Positions 49,961 through 60,919 of a stretch of DNA of 64,000 bases are shown here, piece by piece. Below the pieces are notes generated by a model, which was not told where the DNA came from, searched no databases, and saw only the letters and a list, made by a program, of their open reading frames with translations. This DNA is from an uncultured cyanobacterium (lineage in GTDB: Bacteria; Cyanobacteriota; Cyanobacteriia; Cyanobacteriales; Nostocaceae): NCBI GenBank assembly GCA_963740315.1, contig CAVUDP010000002.1:832001-896000 (forward strand). Direction: 5' to 3'. A program made the position numbers and the translations under genes. The first letter of the stretch is position 1. The number at the start of each line of letters is the position of its first letter.

Positions 49961-50836
49961 ATGAAATTACAGCGAACAACTTTAGTTTTAATGCTGCTAG
50001 CAATCTTGTTGGGTGGTTTTGTTTATTTTTACGAGTTTCAATGGAAGTCTCAACAAGAGGTAGTTAAGAAAAAACAGCAGCAACTTTTCTCTTTTAAAGA
50101 AGAAGATGTTAAAAACCTGAAAATAACTACTCCCTCAGAAACTATCACTTTAGAACGTTCTCCGGAACCGGGTAAGACTGAGTGGTTGATGAAATCCCCC
50201 GATACCGTTCCTGCTAATGACGGTACGGTTGCTTATCTATTAGATTTGTTAGAAACGGAAAAAAGCGAGGCTCCTTCGGAGTCACTTCGTGAACGCACTG
50301 TAAATACTCCTACTTCTCAACTTTCGGAATTCGGCTTAAACCCACCCCAAGCAACTATTGATATTACGTTGAACGATGGAAAAACTCATAAATTAACTTT
50401 AGGTAAACCCAACTTTGATAACCGTTTTGTTTACGCTCAAAATAATTTTGCTAACAAACCAGATGGAAATGTTGAAGTAGTTTTAGTATCCAAGAAGTTT
50501 GAAAATGCAGTTAACCGTTCGCTCTTTGAATGGAAAGCTGTAGATAATAGTCAAAATCCTCCAACTCCAGGAGCTATCCCTACTCCTACCAATTCAACTC
50601 CAGGAGCTATTCCAACCATCAAACCAATTCCAGTTAATCCAACACCGAAATCGATTCCGAGTAATTCAACACCAAATCCTGCTTCTACTTCTGCTCCAAC
50701 TTCTACTTCTGCTCCAACTTCTACTTCTGCTCCAACTTCTACTTCTGCTCCAACTTCTACTTCTACTCCTACTCCTACTCCTACTCCTATAAAAAGCATA
50801 CCAACACAAACATCAAATCCATATACCAAAGAGTAA
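49961..50836 (+). CDS. DUF4340-domain protein
   Basis: N-terminal TM, LSEFGL.PP, LTLG.PNF; Pro/Thr/Ser tail; last gene of the Gld-type operon. Confidence 0.82.
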   Translation: MKLQRTTLVLMLLAILLGGFVYFYEFQWKSQQEVVKKKQQQLFSFKEEDVKNLKITTPSETITLERSPEPGKTEWLMKSPDTVPANDGTVAYLLDLLETEKSEAPSESLRERTVNTPTSQLSEFGLNPPQATIDITLNDGKTHKLTLGKPNFDNRFVYAQNNFANKPDGNVEVVLVSKKFENAVNRSLFEWKAVDNSQNPPTPGAIPTPTNSTPGAIPTIKPIPVNPTPKSIPSNSTPNPASTSAPTSTSAPTSTSAPTSTSAPTSTSTPTPTPTPIKSIPTQTSNPYTKE

Positions 50837-50941
50837 TATAGTGCCTAATAATTAATAAATTGGAAAAATATTGAAATAAAAATTGAGATAAAAATATATA
50901 AAAAAGATAATACCTAAATTAGATTTTAAATATAAAATTTA

Positions 50942-51214
50942 TCACTCGTCGCATAATTCTGCATCAGATAAATTTATTAACAAATTAATTACTTGCTTAT
51001 GCTTTTTATGAAACTTTAATAACTCTAAATAAGATATAGGTACAATTACAGGCCATAAAATTGTAGCCATGACTAAAATTAGCATTGAAAAATAGCGCTG
51101 TGCTAATTTCATTTCTGTATCGGCGATAAAAAAATCTAGCCAGTTCATAAAGAAACAACAAGCCATTATTAAATAAAATACAATCGCTAAATTCGTTATA
51201 ATTGTTTGGAGCAT
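50942..51214 (-). CDS. Small membrane hypothetical protein
   Basis: ATG at 51214; YLIMACCFF..W...ATILWPVIVPISYLELL. Confidence 0.7.
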   Translation of the reverse strand: MLQTIITNLAIVFYLIMACCFFMNWLDFFIADTEMKLAQRYFSMLILVMATILWPVIVPISYLELLKFHKKHKQVINLLINLSDAELCDE

Positions 51215-52061
51215 GATTGTGACAAGTATACCTATAAGTAAATTATCAACGACAAAAATTATAAAAGTTTGTTCCACGAACAAGTTTTTAGTTGGCTACC
51301 TTACTTGCAAAAACCACTTATTTGCGATCGGCTTCAAAATTGCAAAATATACAAACTTTGCTTAGTTATTAAAGAATCGCTTGATTTTATTTTATACAAC
51401 TTTTCATAAAAATATACTTACGGTTTATACAATTAAATTGAAAATTAGTTGTATCAATCTCAATTATAGCTAATCAGAATTAAGTAATAATTACTACCAT
51501 TACCAGCGAAAAGACAATATAGTTCTTAGATAAACTCCTGCAAACCCATCATAACCTTGCTCGTTTAGGGGGATAAAACAAAGACTATTCTATTTTTACA
51601 AAAAAAGGTAGTAATTGCAGTTCGGTTATGCACATAGACTATTTTAAGCCGTTTTAAAAGCTTATTAGGGAAAAGCAATACCAAAACATGGCACGCTATT
51701 CTTATACTATTATCTCAAATAAAGAATTTATAAAACAGTAAAAACCCTTATTTACACTTCATAAAAATTTAAACTTAACTGTATTTTTATCAAAGCTTTA
51801 CATCGTCTGGATTTAACAAAAATGATTTGTAAATACGATTTACATTTGTTAAAACTGACAAATTTATGATTATTTGCGGTTTCGTTGCGCGATCGCACGG
51901 TGAAAAATTCATGTTTTCACGATCGCAAACCGGGTTTCTTTGAGCTTCTACTCAAATGGTGCAAGATGTGAATTTTATAGACATTATTCAAACAGTAAAA
52001 ACCCTCCAATAGCTTAATTATTAGGAGGGTTGAGGGTAAGCATTATAATTTATCTATGGGA

Positions 52062-52622
52062 CTATCGATCGGATAAGTTTGAACGTAACTTTTGTTTAAA
52101 AGTCTGTACAACCTCAAACTTAAAAGTAGCAATCCGACGCTTACCTGCATAGATTTCTAATATATGTAACCCATCAGGATCTCCTGGGGAAGCAGTCCAA
52201 AAATTACTGAGTATACCTTTTTTAACGTTTGCAGTACGTTTTATAACTGATTTAGTACCATCAGGAGATAAAAAGAAATGTTCGGCATTATCTGTTCCCC
52301 AAGTTAAAGGGGGTTTTGGTAAAGTTAACACTTCCTGCCAAGTTAATTCACCTTGGTAGCCTTGAAGTTGAATGCGCCATCCATATACTTTTCCCTCTTG
52401 AAAAGGTACTTTAGTTGTTGGAATAAATGTGACTTTACCGTTTTTTCCAGTTCTTAATACTCCAAATTCAGCTTTTTTAACAATAATTGGTTTATTTGAT
52501 ATAATCGCTTTTGATTTTATAGTATTGTTTTTTCCTTCGTAAGCGATCGCTGTAGGAGAAGCTATAAGCGGCGATATCATTCCAAAAAAAGCTAACACAA
52601 GCGTAGTAGCCCAAATTTTCAT
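52062..52622 (-). CDS. Exported hypothetical protein
   Basis: Signal peptide; YGWRI, W.EVLTLP, PGDP.G. Confidence 0.75.
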   Translation of the reverse strand: MKIWATTLVLAFFGMISPLIASPTAIAYEGKNNTIKSKAIISNKPIIVKKAEFGVLRTGKNGKVTFIPTTKVPFQEGKVYGWRIQLQGYQGELTWQEVLTLPKPPLTWGTDNAEHFFLSPDGTKSVIKRTANVKKGILSNFWTASPGDPDGLHILEIYAGKRRIATFKFEVVQTFKQKLRSNLSDR

Positions 52623-52954
52623 TTTGCTATCTATTTATGATATTTGGTTTTGCCTACGACGTTATAGCAAACGGATTTTGTATTCAGACATATGCGAACA
52701 TTTCTGCTGTAATATCTAATTCCGAAACCAGGAAGAGAGGGGGAGAGGGGGGAGGTGGGGAGATGGGGAGATGGGGAGATGGGGAGATGGGGAGATGGGG
52801 AGTAGGAGTTATATTTTTGTAGTGCGAGCGTCTCGCTCGCTAGATACCACGAACGAGCTAGTGTGTCCGGTTAAGAAGTCGGGTTTTTAGAATACGTATC
52901 TGTAATACACTTAAAAATTTTATAAAAACCCGACTTCTTGCTAACTCCTAACTC

Positions 52955-54037
52955 CTAACTCCTAACTGGCGCATGTTTAAGGATTTTTACTAATTTATTC
53001 AGCTTGCTGTCAATTTCTGGCTGACTTAAATATTCTTCGGTACACTTTATCATTGCATCGATATTTTCTTGTTTGGCGCTGAAGGTAGCTATGTTTTTAT
53101 CGAAATGCGGTTGGAATCTAAAGTAAGTATTGCCTATAATTTGCTCGGCTATGTAACACACTGCATCGCCAGCGCCATCAAATAGTACGTCTAATAGGGG
53201 TAAGTCTTGACGGGGACTTAACCATTCTAATGCTCCCCATTGTTTCACCTGTTTCGCACCAATTTGTTTGACGTGTTGTCCGGTTCCGAAAGAGGCTACT
53301 ATGATATCTTTTTGATGGACGTTTTCTGATATGGAAGCATTCCATTTAGGGCTGTCTGGTGGCTTCTTGTTCCATCGCAAACGCTCGGCGATCGCGCATA
53401 AAGCTGGGTTGTTAGCAAATACGCCACCATCAATTAAAGGAATACCGCTTTTCGGGGGTATTGCATAACCTTGGCTTTGCCAATCTTCTAAAAAAGCTTG
53501 ATGTTTCATCTCGTAACCGGGAAAGCCGATCGGTGCGGCTGAAGAAGCACGGCAAATTTCCCATACTGGGATATCCTCATGAGCTATTTTGGTATTTTTA
53601 AATACTACAGCCTGACGGTTATAAGTGTCGTAACTGGTTACTATTGTAGGTTTGGTTAATTCTCCAAACTTCGTATTTCCAAAAATATATTTAAGCACCA
53701 TTCTTAAGCCTTCATCGCTGTAAATCGGCTGACTAAAACCCAAACGAATCCAATTTAAGAGACTGTGAACCAATATCCTACTTGGAGGAAAGATATTCTG
53801 AGAATTATGGATATAAAAATCTTTAATTTCGCTGGCATTCAAACCTTTAGCTAAAGCACAAGCAATCAGGCTACCTGTAGAAGTTCCAGCAATAACATCA
53901 AAATAATCCGTAAGTGTTTTGTGTGGCTCGTATTTTTGCAGCTTATTTTCTAAACTTTCTAAAATTATCGCTGTAACCAATCCACGCACCCCACCACCAT
54001 CAAGAGCAAGAATCTGAAATGGTACATTAGTTCTCAT
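52955..54037 (-). CDS. Patatin-like phospholipase
   Basis: DGGGVRG, GTSTG, DGGVFANNP. Confidence 0.93.
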   Translation of the reverse strand: MRTNVPFQILALDGGGVRGLVTAIILESLENKLQKYEPHKTLTDYFDVIAGTSTGSLIACALAKGLNASEIKDFYIHNSQNIFPPSRILVHSLLNWIRLGFSQPIYSDEGLRMVLKYIFGNTKFGELTKPTIVTSYDTYNRQAVVFKNTKIAHEDIPVWEICRASSAAPIGFPGYEMKHQAFLEDWQSQGYAIPPKSGIPLIDGGVFANNPALCAIAERLRWNKKPPDSPKWNASISENVHQKDIIVASFGTGQHVKQIGAKQVKQWGALEWLSPRQDLPLLDVLFDGAGDAVCYIAEQIIGNTYFRFQPHFDKNIATFSAKQENIDAMIKCTEEYLSQPEIDSKLNKLVKILKHAPVRS

Positions 54038-54315
54038 TTATAATTCTCCCCAAAAATTTAACAATAATCTTGCAGTTAATAACAAATAAAATATCTCTAC
54101 AGCAAATGCACTGTTACAAATACCCATTATGTATGTTAAATCACATTGTTGCTTGATTTTCTCAAGGAGAGGGAGTTCGGGGGAGATGGGGGGATGGGGG
54201 GATGGGGAGATGGGGAGAGGGGGAGATGGGGAGACAAGGGGACAAGAAGAATTTTAACCTTTAACATGCAGACCTGTTCCATAATTAAGAAGGATTACGC
54301 ATTCCGCAAGAATAA

Positions 54316-55026
54316 ATGAATAAAACAAGTTTAAATTTGGTTGCTGTATCAATATTTTTGATGACTTTTTCGATACTGTTGGGACCTTTAATTAATTTAT
54401 CTCCTGCGGTTCCTGCTGTGACTACTTTTGCGATTTTGGCGATCGCGACTTTTGATTCTTGGAGTTTGGAAGGTAGGGGAGGAACTTTATTTTTGGATTT
54501 GATTAGTAGGTTTTCTGGGGAATATAGGGAACGCATTTTGCACCACGAAGCGGGACATTTCCTTGCTGCTTATATTTTGGGCGTTCCGGTGACGGGCTAT
54601 ACTTTGAGCGCTTGGGAAGCACTTAAACAAAAACAACAGGGGCTTGGTGGTGTGACTTTTGATGATGCTGAGTTGTTGTCTGAATTTGAAAAGGGTAGGA
54701 TTACTACTCGAATGCTAGAACGCTACTATACGATTTGGATGGCTGGGATTGCAGCGGAAAATCTGGTTTATAGCGATGCGAATGGTGGTGCGGATGATAA
54801 AAATAAACTCATGGGGGTTTTGAAGTCTTTAGGCTGTTCTGTATCTATGTGCCAACAAAAACAGCGTTTGAGCATTCTGCAAGCAAAAACACTGTTGGAA
54901 AATAATTGGTCCGCTTATCTGGCTTTAGTTGATACTATGCGAGAACGTGCAACAGTGGAAAAATGCGGGAATGTTCTGATAAAACAAGGCGTTAAAAGTG
55001 AAAAGTTAACAGCTAATTCTGAATAG
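54316..55026 (+). CDS. Membrane-anchored M41-like zinc peptidase-domain protein
   Basis: HHEAGHFL HExxH, MAGIAAE, GGADD; no ATPase domain. Confidence 0.82.
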   Translation: MNKTSLNLVAVSIFLMTFSILLGPLINLSPAVPAVTTFAILAIATFDSWSLEGRGGTLFLDLISRFSGEYRERILHHEAGHFLAAYILGVPVTGYTLSAWEALKQKQQGLGGVTFDDAELLSEFEKGRITTRMLERYYTIWMAGIAAENLVYSDANGGADDKNKLMGVLKSLGCSVSMCQQKQRLSILQAKTLLENNWSAYLALVDTMRERATVEKCGNVLIKQGVKSEKLTANSE

Positions 55027-55141
55027 AAACTTTTTGCATAACTTACATTCAAGTCTCAACGTAAAATTCTACATCGAGACACAATTGTTTATACCGTAAG
55101 CAAAGCAAAATCAAAATATTACTTATCACTTATAACTCCAA

Positions 55142-56245
55142 TTATCCTGCGGCAACTCTTAAATGCGATGGTTGTGATGTACTACGGTTGGGACAAACAT
55201 AGTTACTGGCTGCGATTGTATTGCTTTGGCTCGTATCGTTGCAACTAACTACGCGATTTCTTCCCTTAGATTTTGCTTGCAATAAAAAGGTGTCAGCGCG
55301 ATGGAGCAAATTTAAACCTTGTTCGTCATCATTCGGAAGCAAACAAGCAGTTCCCAAACTGATGGTGACATTTATAGTTAACGTGCTGTCAATTACAAAG
55401 GGATTATCTCTAACTACGCTATTAAGACGATGAGCTACCTTTTGTGCTTCTTGGGCAGTGGTATCGCTGAGAATAATCACAAATTCTTCTCCACCATAGC
55501 GGAAAGCAGTATCTTGAAGCCGCAAATTGTGACGTATGCGACTCGACAATAATTTTAATAGTCGATCGCCAACTAAATGTCCGTAGTTATCGTTAACTTT
55601 TTTGAAATAGTCTACATCTAAAATAATTAGACTTAAGCAAGAATTTCGATCGCGCGTGTTTTTAATCTGTCTGGGTAAATCCCACTCTAAAGCTCGACGA
55701 TTATTTAATTCTGTCAGCGAATCCGCCAAAGCGATAGTTGATAGCAAATCATTAGTTTGCATCAAATCGCGATATTTTTGGGCTTTACGCAAAGCTACTG
55801 TTAATTGCGATAGCAGCAAGCGATGAGGGGCACTTAAACCTGTTGCTACTGAGTCTGTTTTGCGCTGTCGGATAGAGTCCGAATCTTGAATATCTCCGTA
55901 CCAAATATAGGCATCAGCCCCAAGTCTCAAAGCCCTAGAAGTCATTTCTGATTCCCATTCCCAGCTTTGATTTTCTCGATCGGCAATTACTTGGGGACTA
56001 TCTTCTAAAAGAATGCAATAGATCCAAGAAAGTTTCGTTTGTTCTCTCAACCAACTACATAACTGCATGCTGTCACTCTGGCTCGACTGAACGAGAATGA
56101 CATCAGGAGGCTTAAGTTGAATGCGAGATATTGCCATTTGTAGGTTCGCGATCGCTTCTATATTAAAAGTACCTGCATCGCGAATTTGAGTTGGAAGTGT
56201 GGTTAGAAATTCTTCATTCCCAAAAACCAGAATGGAAATGTTCAT
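55142..56245 (-). CDS. Diguanylate cyclase with degenerate receiver domain
   Basis: DSLTELNNRR, DVDYFKKVNDNYGH..GD, RLQD I-site, GGEEF. Confidence 0.92.
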   Translation of the reverse strand: MNISILVFGNEEFLTTLPTQIRDAGTFNIEAIANLQMAISRIQLKPPDVILVQSSQSDSMQLCSWLREQTKLSWIYCILLEDSPQVIADRENQSWEWESEMTSRALRLGADAYIWYGDIQDSDSIRQRKTDSVATGLSAPHRLLLSQLTVALRKAQKYRDLMQTNDLLSTIALADSLTELNNRRALEWDLPRQIKNTRDRNSCLSLIILDVDYFKKVNDNYGHLVGDRLLKLLSSRIRHNLRLQDTAFRYGGEEFVIILSDTTAQEAQKVAHRLNSVVRDNPFVIDSTLTINVTISLGTACLLPNDDEQGLNLLHRADTFLLQAKSKGRNRVVSCNDTSQSNTIAASNYVCPNRSTSQPSHLRVAAG

Positions 56246-57311
56246 GATTTTTACTTTTTTTTATATTATTTGTTTCAACTTAGTTGCTCTCTTCTATCAG
56301 TTTGGAAAAACATATAATCAATGTTTGGCTATTAATTGAGATTTCTTTGTGACAACAAAGTCATTTTATTAAATTAAATCTAATTTACTGCCCATTAAAT
56401 AGATATTTATTTCCGATAGTAATACAAGAGAGGTAGGGTAAAACCCCAATTAAACCTGCTGAATCTAATTACTCAATAGAAATGTATTTATGCCAAGGGG
56501 GTCTGACCCCTCACTTGCTTTTTCTCTTGTTAATTTGATAACCAAATTTCAAACTAATCTCCTTTTTATTATTGCGTTCTCAACTACAATCATTAAACTA
56601 ATATTCCCGATCACTAATTTGAGTCTTAACAACATATATTTCAAACAGTAGAAATACGGAATCATTAAGATAAGTCTTTATATTCGACGGTGTTTTCCAC
56701 TAACCAAGTAGTTTTGAATACTTTTCAATGTATATAGGTACCGCAAGGATAAATGTAATTTTATAAAAGTGTTCTCTCAGTAAAATTTCTCAATTTTTGA
56801 TAATTACCTTAGAGTGTTTTGTAAGGTTTTTACTAAATACGTGACATACGTCATAACTAATATATCTATCCAAAGGACTAAATTTTAATATTTTCTAAAT
56901 CTTGCCTTTAAAAATATGAAGAAAATTAGCTTAAAAAAAAGTCAACCGGATTTTTGAGGTGAAGCAATTTCTAAAAAATGACATATAAAATTTACGAGCC
57001 GGACTTAATATAGATGTAATTTTTCGGACGTATATCTACTTAAGTTATGACTTCAGCATTCGGAATATACTTAAGTAAATATACGTCGCAAGTAAATCAA
57101 GATTGACTCAATTACTTATCCAAAGAAACCCTGTTTGAACCAAAAAAAATTAGAACGTTTCCACGATTAACGAGCTACAAGGAAACTGACAATAAGCATC
57201 TTGTTGCGTAAGTCCCATAAATAAAACTCGATCCTAATGCCCTGTCCGCAGGGGGAGTTTAGGAGTCACACTTTATTTTCTAGACAATCAACTTACCATC
57301 ACGTGGGATAC

Positions 57312-57515
57312 TTACTGATAACCTTCAACGTGATAACCAGCAGCCACGATCGCTTGCTTAATTGATTCGTCAGAAGCGCCAGAATCTACGGTAACTGTCT
57401 TAGAATCCACATCCACATCAACTTTGGCTTTGGGTTCCATAACCTTGATAGCTTCGCTAATTTTGGAAGCACAATCGTCGCACTTCATATTAGAAACTTT
57501 TACTTTAAGCGCCAT
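57312..57515 (-). CDS. Heavy-metal-associated (Atx1/CopZ-like) chaperone
   Basis: MKCDDC CxxC motif, 67 aa, AIVAAGY; GAGGT RBS. Confidence 0.88.
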   Translation of the reverse strand: MALKVKVSNMKCDDCASKISEAIKVMEPKAKVDVDVDSKTVTVDSGASDESIKQAIVAAGYHVEGYQ

Positions 57516-57872
57516 GAACTACCTCACTCTCTAGATTTCACATGATTGGTCTTTTTGAATTTTACCTATTCTTAAAGAAAAAAAGCATATCCTAAAGGAT
57601 TAAGTTTGAAAATGGGGAATGGGAATGGGGCATGGGGGATAGCTCACGGAATTGGGAGTTGGGAGTTAGGACCACCGGAGTTAGGACCACCGGAGTTAGG
57701 AGTTAAGAAAGCGGAGGAAGCCTTCGGTTGCGGAGGAAGCCTTCGGTTGCAATTTAAAATTAATTAATATCCCCTGCCTCAAGAGCCTCAAGAGCCTTTT
57801 CTACTCTCTTCTCCCCATCTTCCCCTCTCCCCATCTCCCCCGAACCCCCGAACCCCCTCTCCCCCGAACCCC

Positions 57873-57924
57873 AAAGGTTACTGAGCAGTTCGACGTAGCT
57901 CACTGTAAGACTTGTCGAAGTACT
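57873..57924. repeat. Copy of the 52-bp dispersed element within a C-rich tract
   Basis: Identical to 32715-32766; reverse complement of 4101-4152. Confidence 0.9.
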
Positions 57925-58021
57925 CCCCCCTCTTCCCCGAACCCCATCTCCCCCCTCTCCCCATTAATTTTTGGTATTTTATAGTTTTAACTTGAGTTAA
58001 CCTTAATCAAGGCTTAGTCCC

Positions 58022-60721
58022 ATGTCTGTAAATCCCCAACATCTCGGCGGTAACGAAATCCGGCAAAAATTCATCGACTTTTACGCGCAACGGGAACATC
58101 AACCTCTTCCCAGTGCTTCCCTGGTACCGGAAGATCCTACGGTGTTGCTGACGATCGCGGGGATGCTGCCGTTCAAACCAATATTTCTCGGACAGCGCAC
58201 CCCAGATTTTAAACGCGCTACTACTTCTCAAAAGTGCATTCGTACCAATGACATTGAAAATGTCGGAGTTACCAAGCGACATCATACGTTTTTCGAGATG
58301 TTGGGTAATTTCAGCTTTGGAGATTATTTTAAAGAGCAAGCTATAGCTTGGGGTTGGGAAATTTCCACAAAAGTATTTAATTTACCTCCCGAAAGACTCG
58401 CGGTGAGCGTTTATCACGAAGATGACGAAGCTTATAATATTTGGAAAGATAAAATTGGCGTACCGTCCGAGAGAATTTTACGTTTGGATGAAGATAACTT
58501 CTGGGCTTCTGGTGCAACGGGACCTTGCGGACCTTGTTCGGAGATTTTCTACGATTTTCATCCAGAACGGGGTAATGAGAATATAGATTTAGAAGATGAT
58601 GAACGGTTTATCGAGTTTTATAACTTGGTATTCATGCAATATAACCGCGATGCGGAAGGTAATTTAACTCCTCTCGCGAATAAAAATATTGATACTGGGA
58701 TGGGTTTGGAGAGAATGGCGCAAATTCTCCAACAGGTTCCCAACAACTATGAAACCGATTTAATTTTCCCAATTATTGAAAAAGCTGCCGAGATTGCCGG
58801 AATTGAATACGGTAAAAGTGACGAGAAAACCAAAACTTCTTTAAAAGTAATTGGCGATCATATTCGCGCCGTGGTGCATATGATAACCGATGAAATCCGC
58901 GCTTCTAATGTCGGGAGGGGTTACGTGTTGCGTCGGTTGTTACGTCGGGTAGTGCGTCACGGCAGATTAATTGGGATTGAAGGGGAATTTACTACCAAAG
59001 TTGCAGAAAGTGCGATCGCACTTTCTTTATGTGCTTATCCCGAAGTGCGTGTACGCGAAAATGCCATCAAAGCCGAATTAGAACGAGAAGAATCTCAATT
59101 TCTCAATACTTTGGAAAGAGGTGAAAAACTGCTTGAAGAAGTTATCGCTAAATTAAAGCAGGAAAATAAAACCGTTATTAGTGGTGAAGATTCTTTTAAA
59201 CTGTATGACACTTATGGTTTCCCCTTAGAATTAACTCAAGAAATCGCTGCCGAAGAAAGTTTAACGGTTGACGTTGACGGCTTTGATGCAGAAATGAAGC
59301 TACAAATAGAACGCGCCAAAGCCGCACATGAAACCATCGATTTAACCGTCCAAGGCGCACTTGATAAATTAGCAGAAAATATCGAAGTTACCGAATTTGT
59401 CGGCTATACCGAACCTACAGCAACATCAAAAGTTGAAGCAATATTAGTAGAAGGGATTTCCGAAGAAGAAGCAGAAGCCGGAACCGAAGTACAAATTGTC
59501 CTCGACAAAACCCCATTTTACGCCGAATCTGGGGGACAAATTGGCGATCGCGGTTACATCAGCGGTGAGACCACTCGTGTGCGGAGGTTCCCTCCGTTGA
59601 GCGAAGTGGCGAACCCGAAGGGTGATGGAATTGTGGTGAGAGTTGAAGACGTGAAAAGAGAATCCGACTTTTTCGTTCACTTCGGACGCATCGAACGCGG
59701 TACAATCCGAGTAGGAGATTCCGTCACCGCTCAAATCGATCGCGCTTGTCGTCGTCGCGCTCAAGCCAACCATACCGCAACTCACCTGTTACAAGCAGCG
59801 TTGAAAAAAATCGTCGATGACAGCATCTCTCAAGCAGGTTCCTTGGTAAACTTCGATAGATTGCGCTTCGACTTCAACTGTCCCCGCAACATGACACCGG
59901 AAGAAGTACTTTCTGTAGAAGCACAAGTTAATAACTGGATAGCCGAAGCTCATGCTGCCAAAGTTGAAACCTTATCCTTAGCAGAAGCAAAAGCTAAAGG
60001 AGCGGTGGCAATGTTCGGTGAAAAATACGGTGAGGAAGTGCGAGTTATCGACTTTCAAGGCGTATCAATGGAACTATGCGGTGGAACTCACGTAAGTAAT
60101 ACTGCTGAGATAGGTGTTTTTAAAATAATTTCCGAAGCCGGGATATCTTCGGGTGTGCGGCGGATTGAAGCTGTATCTGGACCCGCAATATTAGATTACC
60201 TCAACGTCCGGGATAATGTAGTAAAAGATTTAAGTGAGAGATTCAAAGTTAAACCCGAAGAGATACCCGATCGCATTACCACACTGCAAACCGAACTTAG
60301 AAACGCGCAGAAAGAAATAGAGAAGATTAAAGGGCAAATGGCGATCGCTAAATCCGACAGTTTATTAGAAACCGTTGAATCAGTAGGCGAATATAAATAT
60401 CTCGTCGCCAAAATGGAAGGAGTTGACGCAGAATCCTTAAAAACAGCAGCCGAAAGATTGCAGCAGAAAATCGGTAACAACGCAGCCGTAGTATTAGGTT
60501 CCGCAATTGAAGACGGAAAAGTCAGTTTAGTTGCTGCATTCGGCGCAGACATTAACAAAAAAGGCGTACAGGCAGGTAAATTTATTGGTGCTGTAGCCAA
60601 AATGTGCGGTGGTGGAGGTGGTGGAAGACCAAATTTAGCTCAAGCTGGGGGAAGAGATGCGAGTAAATTACCGGAAGCATTGGAGAAAGCGAAAGGTGAT
60701 TTGAAAGCTAGTTTGGGTTGA
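58022..60721 (+). CDS. alaS: Alanine--tRNA ligase
   Basis: LLTIAGMLPFKP, HHTFFEMLGNFSFGDYFK, IDTGMGLER, NHTATHLL, ELCGGTHV, GGGGGRP. Confidence 0.99.
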   Translation: MSVNPQHLGGNEIRQKFIDFYAQREHQPLPSASLVPEDPTVLLTIAGMLPFKPIFLGQRTPDFKRATTSQKCIRTNDIENVGVTKRHHTFFEMLGNFSFGDYFKEQAIAWGWEISTKVFNLPPERLAVSVYHEDDEAYNIWKDKIGVPSERILRLDEDNFWASGATGPCGPCSEIFYDFHPERGNENIDLEDDERFIEFYNLVFMQYNRDAEGNLTPLANKNIDTGMGLERMAQILQQVPNNYETDLIFPIIEKAAEIAGIEYGKSDEKTKTSLKVIGDHIRAVVHMITDEIRASNVGRGYVLRRLLRRVVRHGRLIGIEGEFTTKVAESAIALSLCAYPEVRVRENAIKAELEREESQFLNTLERGEKLLEEVIAKLKQENKTVISGEDSFKLYDTYGFPLELTQEIAAEESLTVDVDGFDAEMKLQIERAKAAHETIDLTVQGALDKLAENIEVTEFVGYTEPTATSKVEAILVEGISEEEAEAGTEVQIVLDKTPFYAESGGQIGDRGYISGETTRVRRFPPLSEVANPKGDGIVVRVEDVKRESDFFVHFGRIERGTIRVGDSVTAQIDRACRRRAQANHTATHLLQAALKKIVDDSISQAGSLVNFDRLRFDFNCPRNMTPEEVLSVEAQVNNWIAEAHAAKVETLSLAEAKAKGAVAMFGEKYGEEVRVIDFQGVSMELCGGTHVSNTAEIGVFKIISEAGISSGVRRIEAVSGPAILDYLNVRDNVVKDLSERFKVKPEEIPDRITTLQTELRNAQKEIEKIKGQMAIAKSDSLLETVESVGEYKYLVAKMEGVDAESLKTAAERLQQKIGNNAAVVLGSAIEDGKVSLVAAFGADINKKGVQAGKFIGAVAKMCGGGGGGRPNLAQAGGRDASKLPEALEKAKGDLKASLG
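59564..59625. mobile_element. Small dispersed repeat inserted in frame in alaS
   Basis: 52-bp GC-rich segment between GGTGA direct repeats; adds ETTRVRRFPPLSEVANPKG. Confidence 0.75.
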
Positions 60722-60919
60722 TTGGTTGTTGTGGTGCGGGCATCTTGCCCGCCAAAATAAAAAATGATTTAGGGAGCGTCTACCATTGAAATAAATCTAA
60801 AGTATTTGTAGGTTGGGTTAGACGGACAAATAATATTGAGCATAAATGCAAATAATTGAATTCCGTCGTAACCCAACATCATAGTTTGTGAATAACCAGA
60901 GCATATTAAATAGTATTTT

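Noticed and set aside
52955..54037. Patatin as a CBASS effector
   Set aside because: No CD-NTase or other defence genes are adjacent.
57230..57275. Yfr1-like small RNA (ACTCCT motif on the minus strand)
   Set aside because: Lacks the full ACTCCTCACAC motif; more likely a terminator region of the HMA gene.
1121..60600. Many antisense ORFs overlapping long genes (e.g. 1121-1501, 27495-27920, 32867-33325, 34748-35203, 45042-45491, 60196-60600)
   Set aside because: Shadow frames of well-supported genes with no recognisable motifs.
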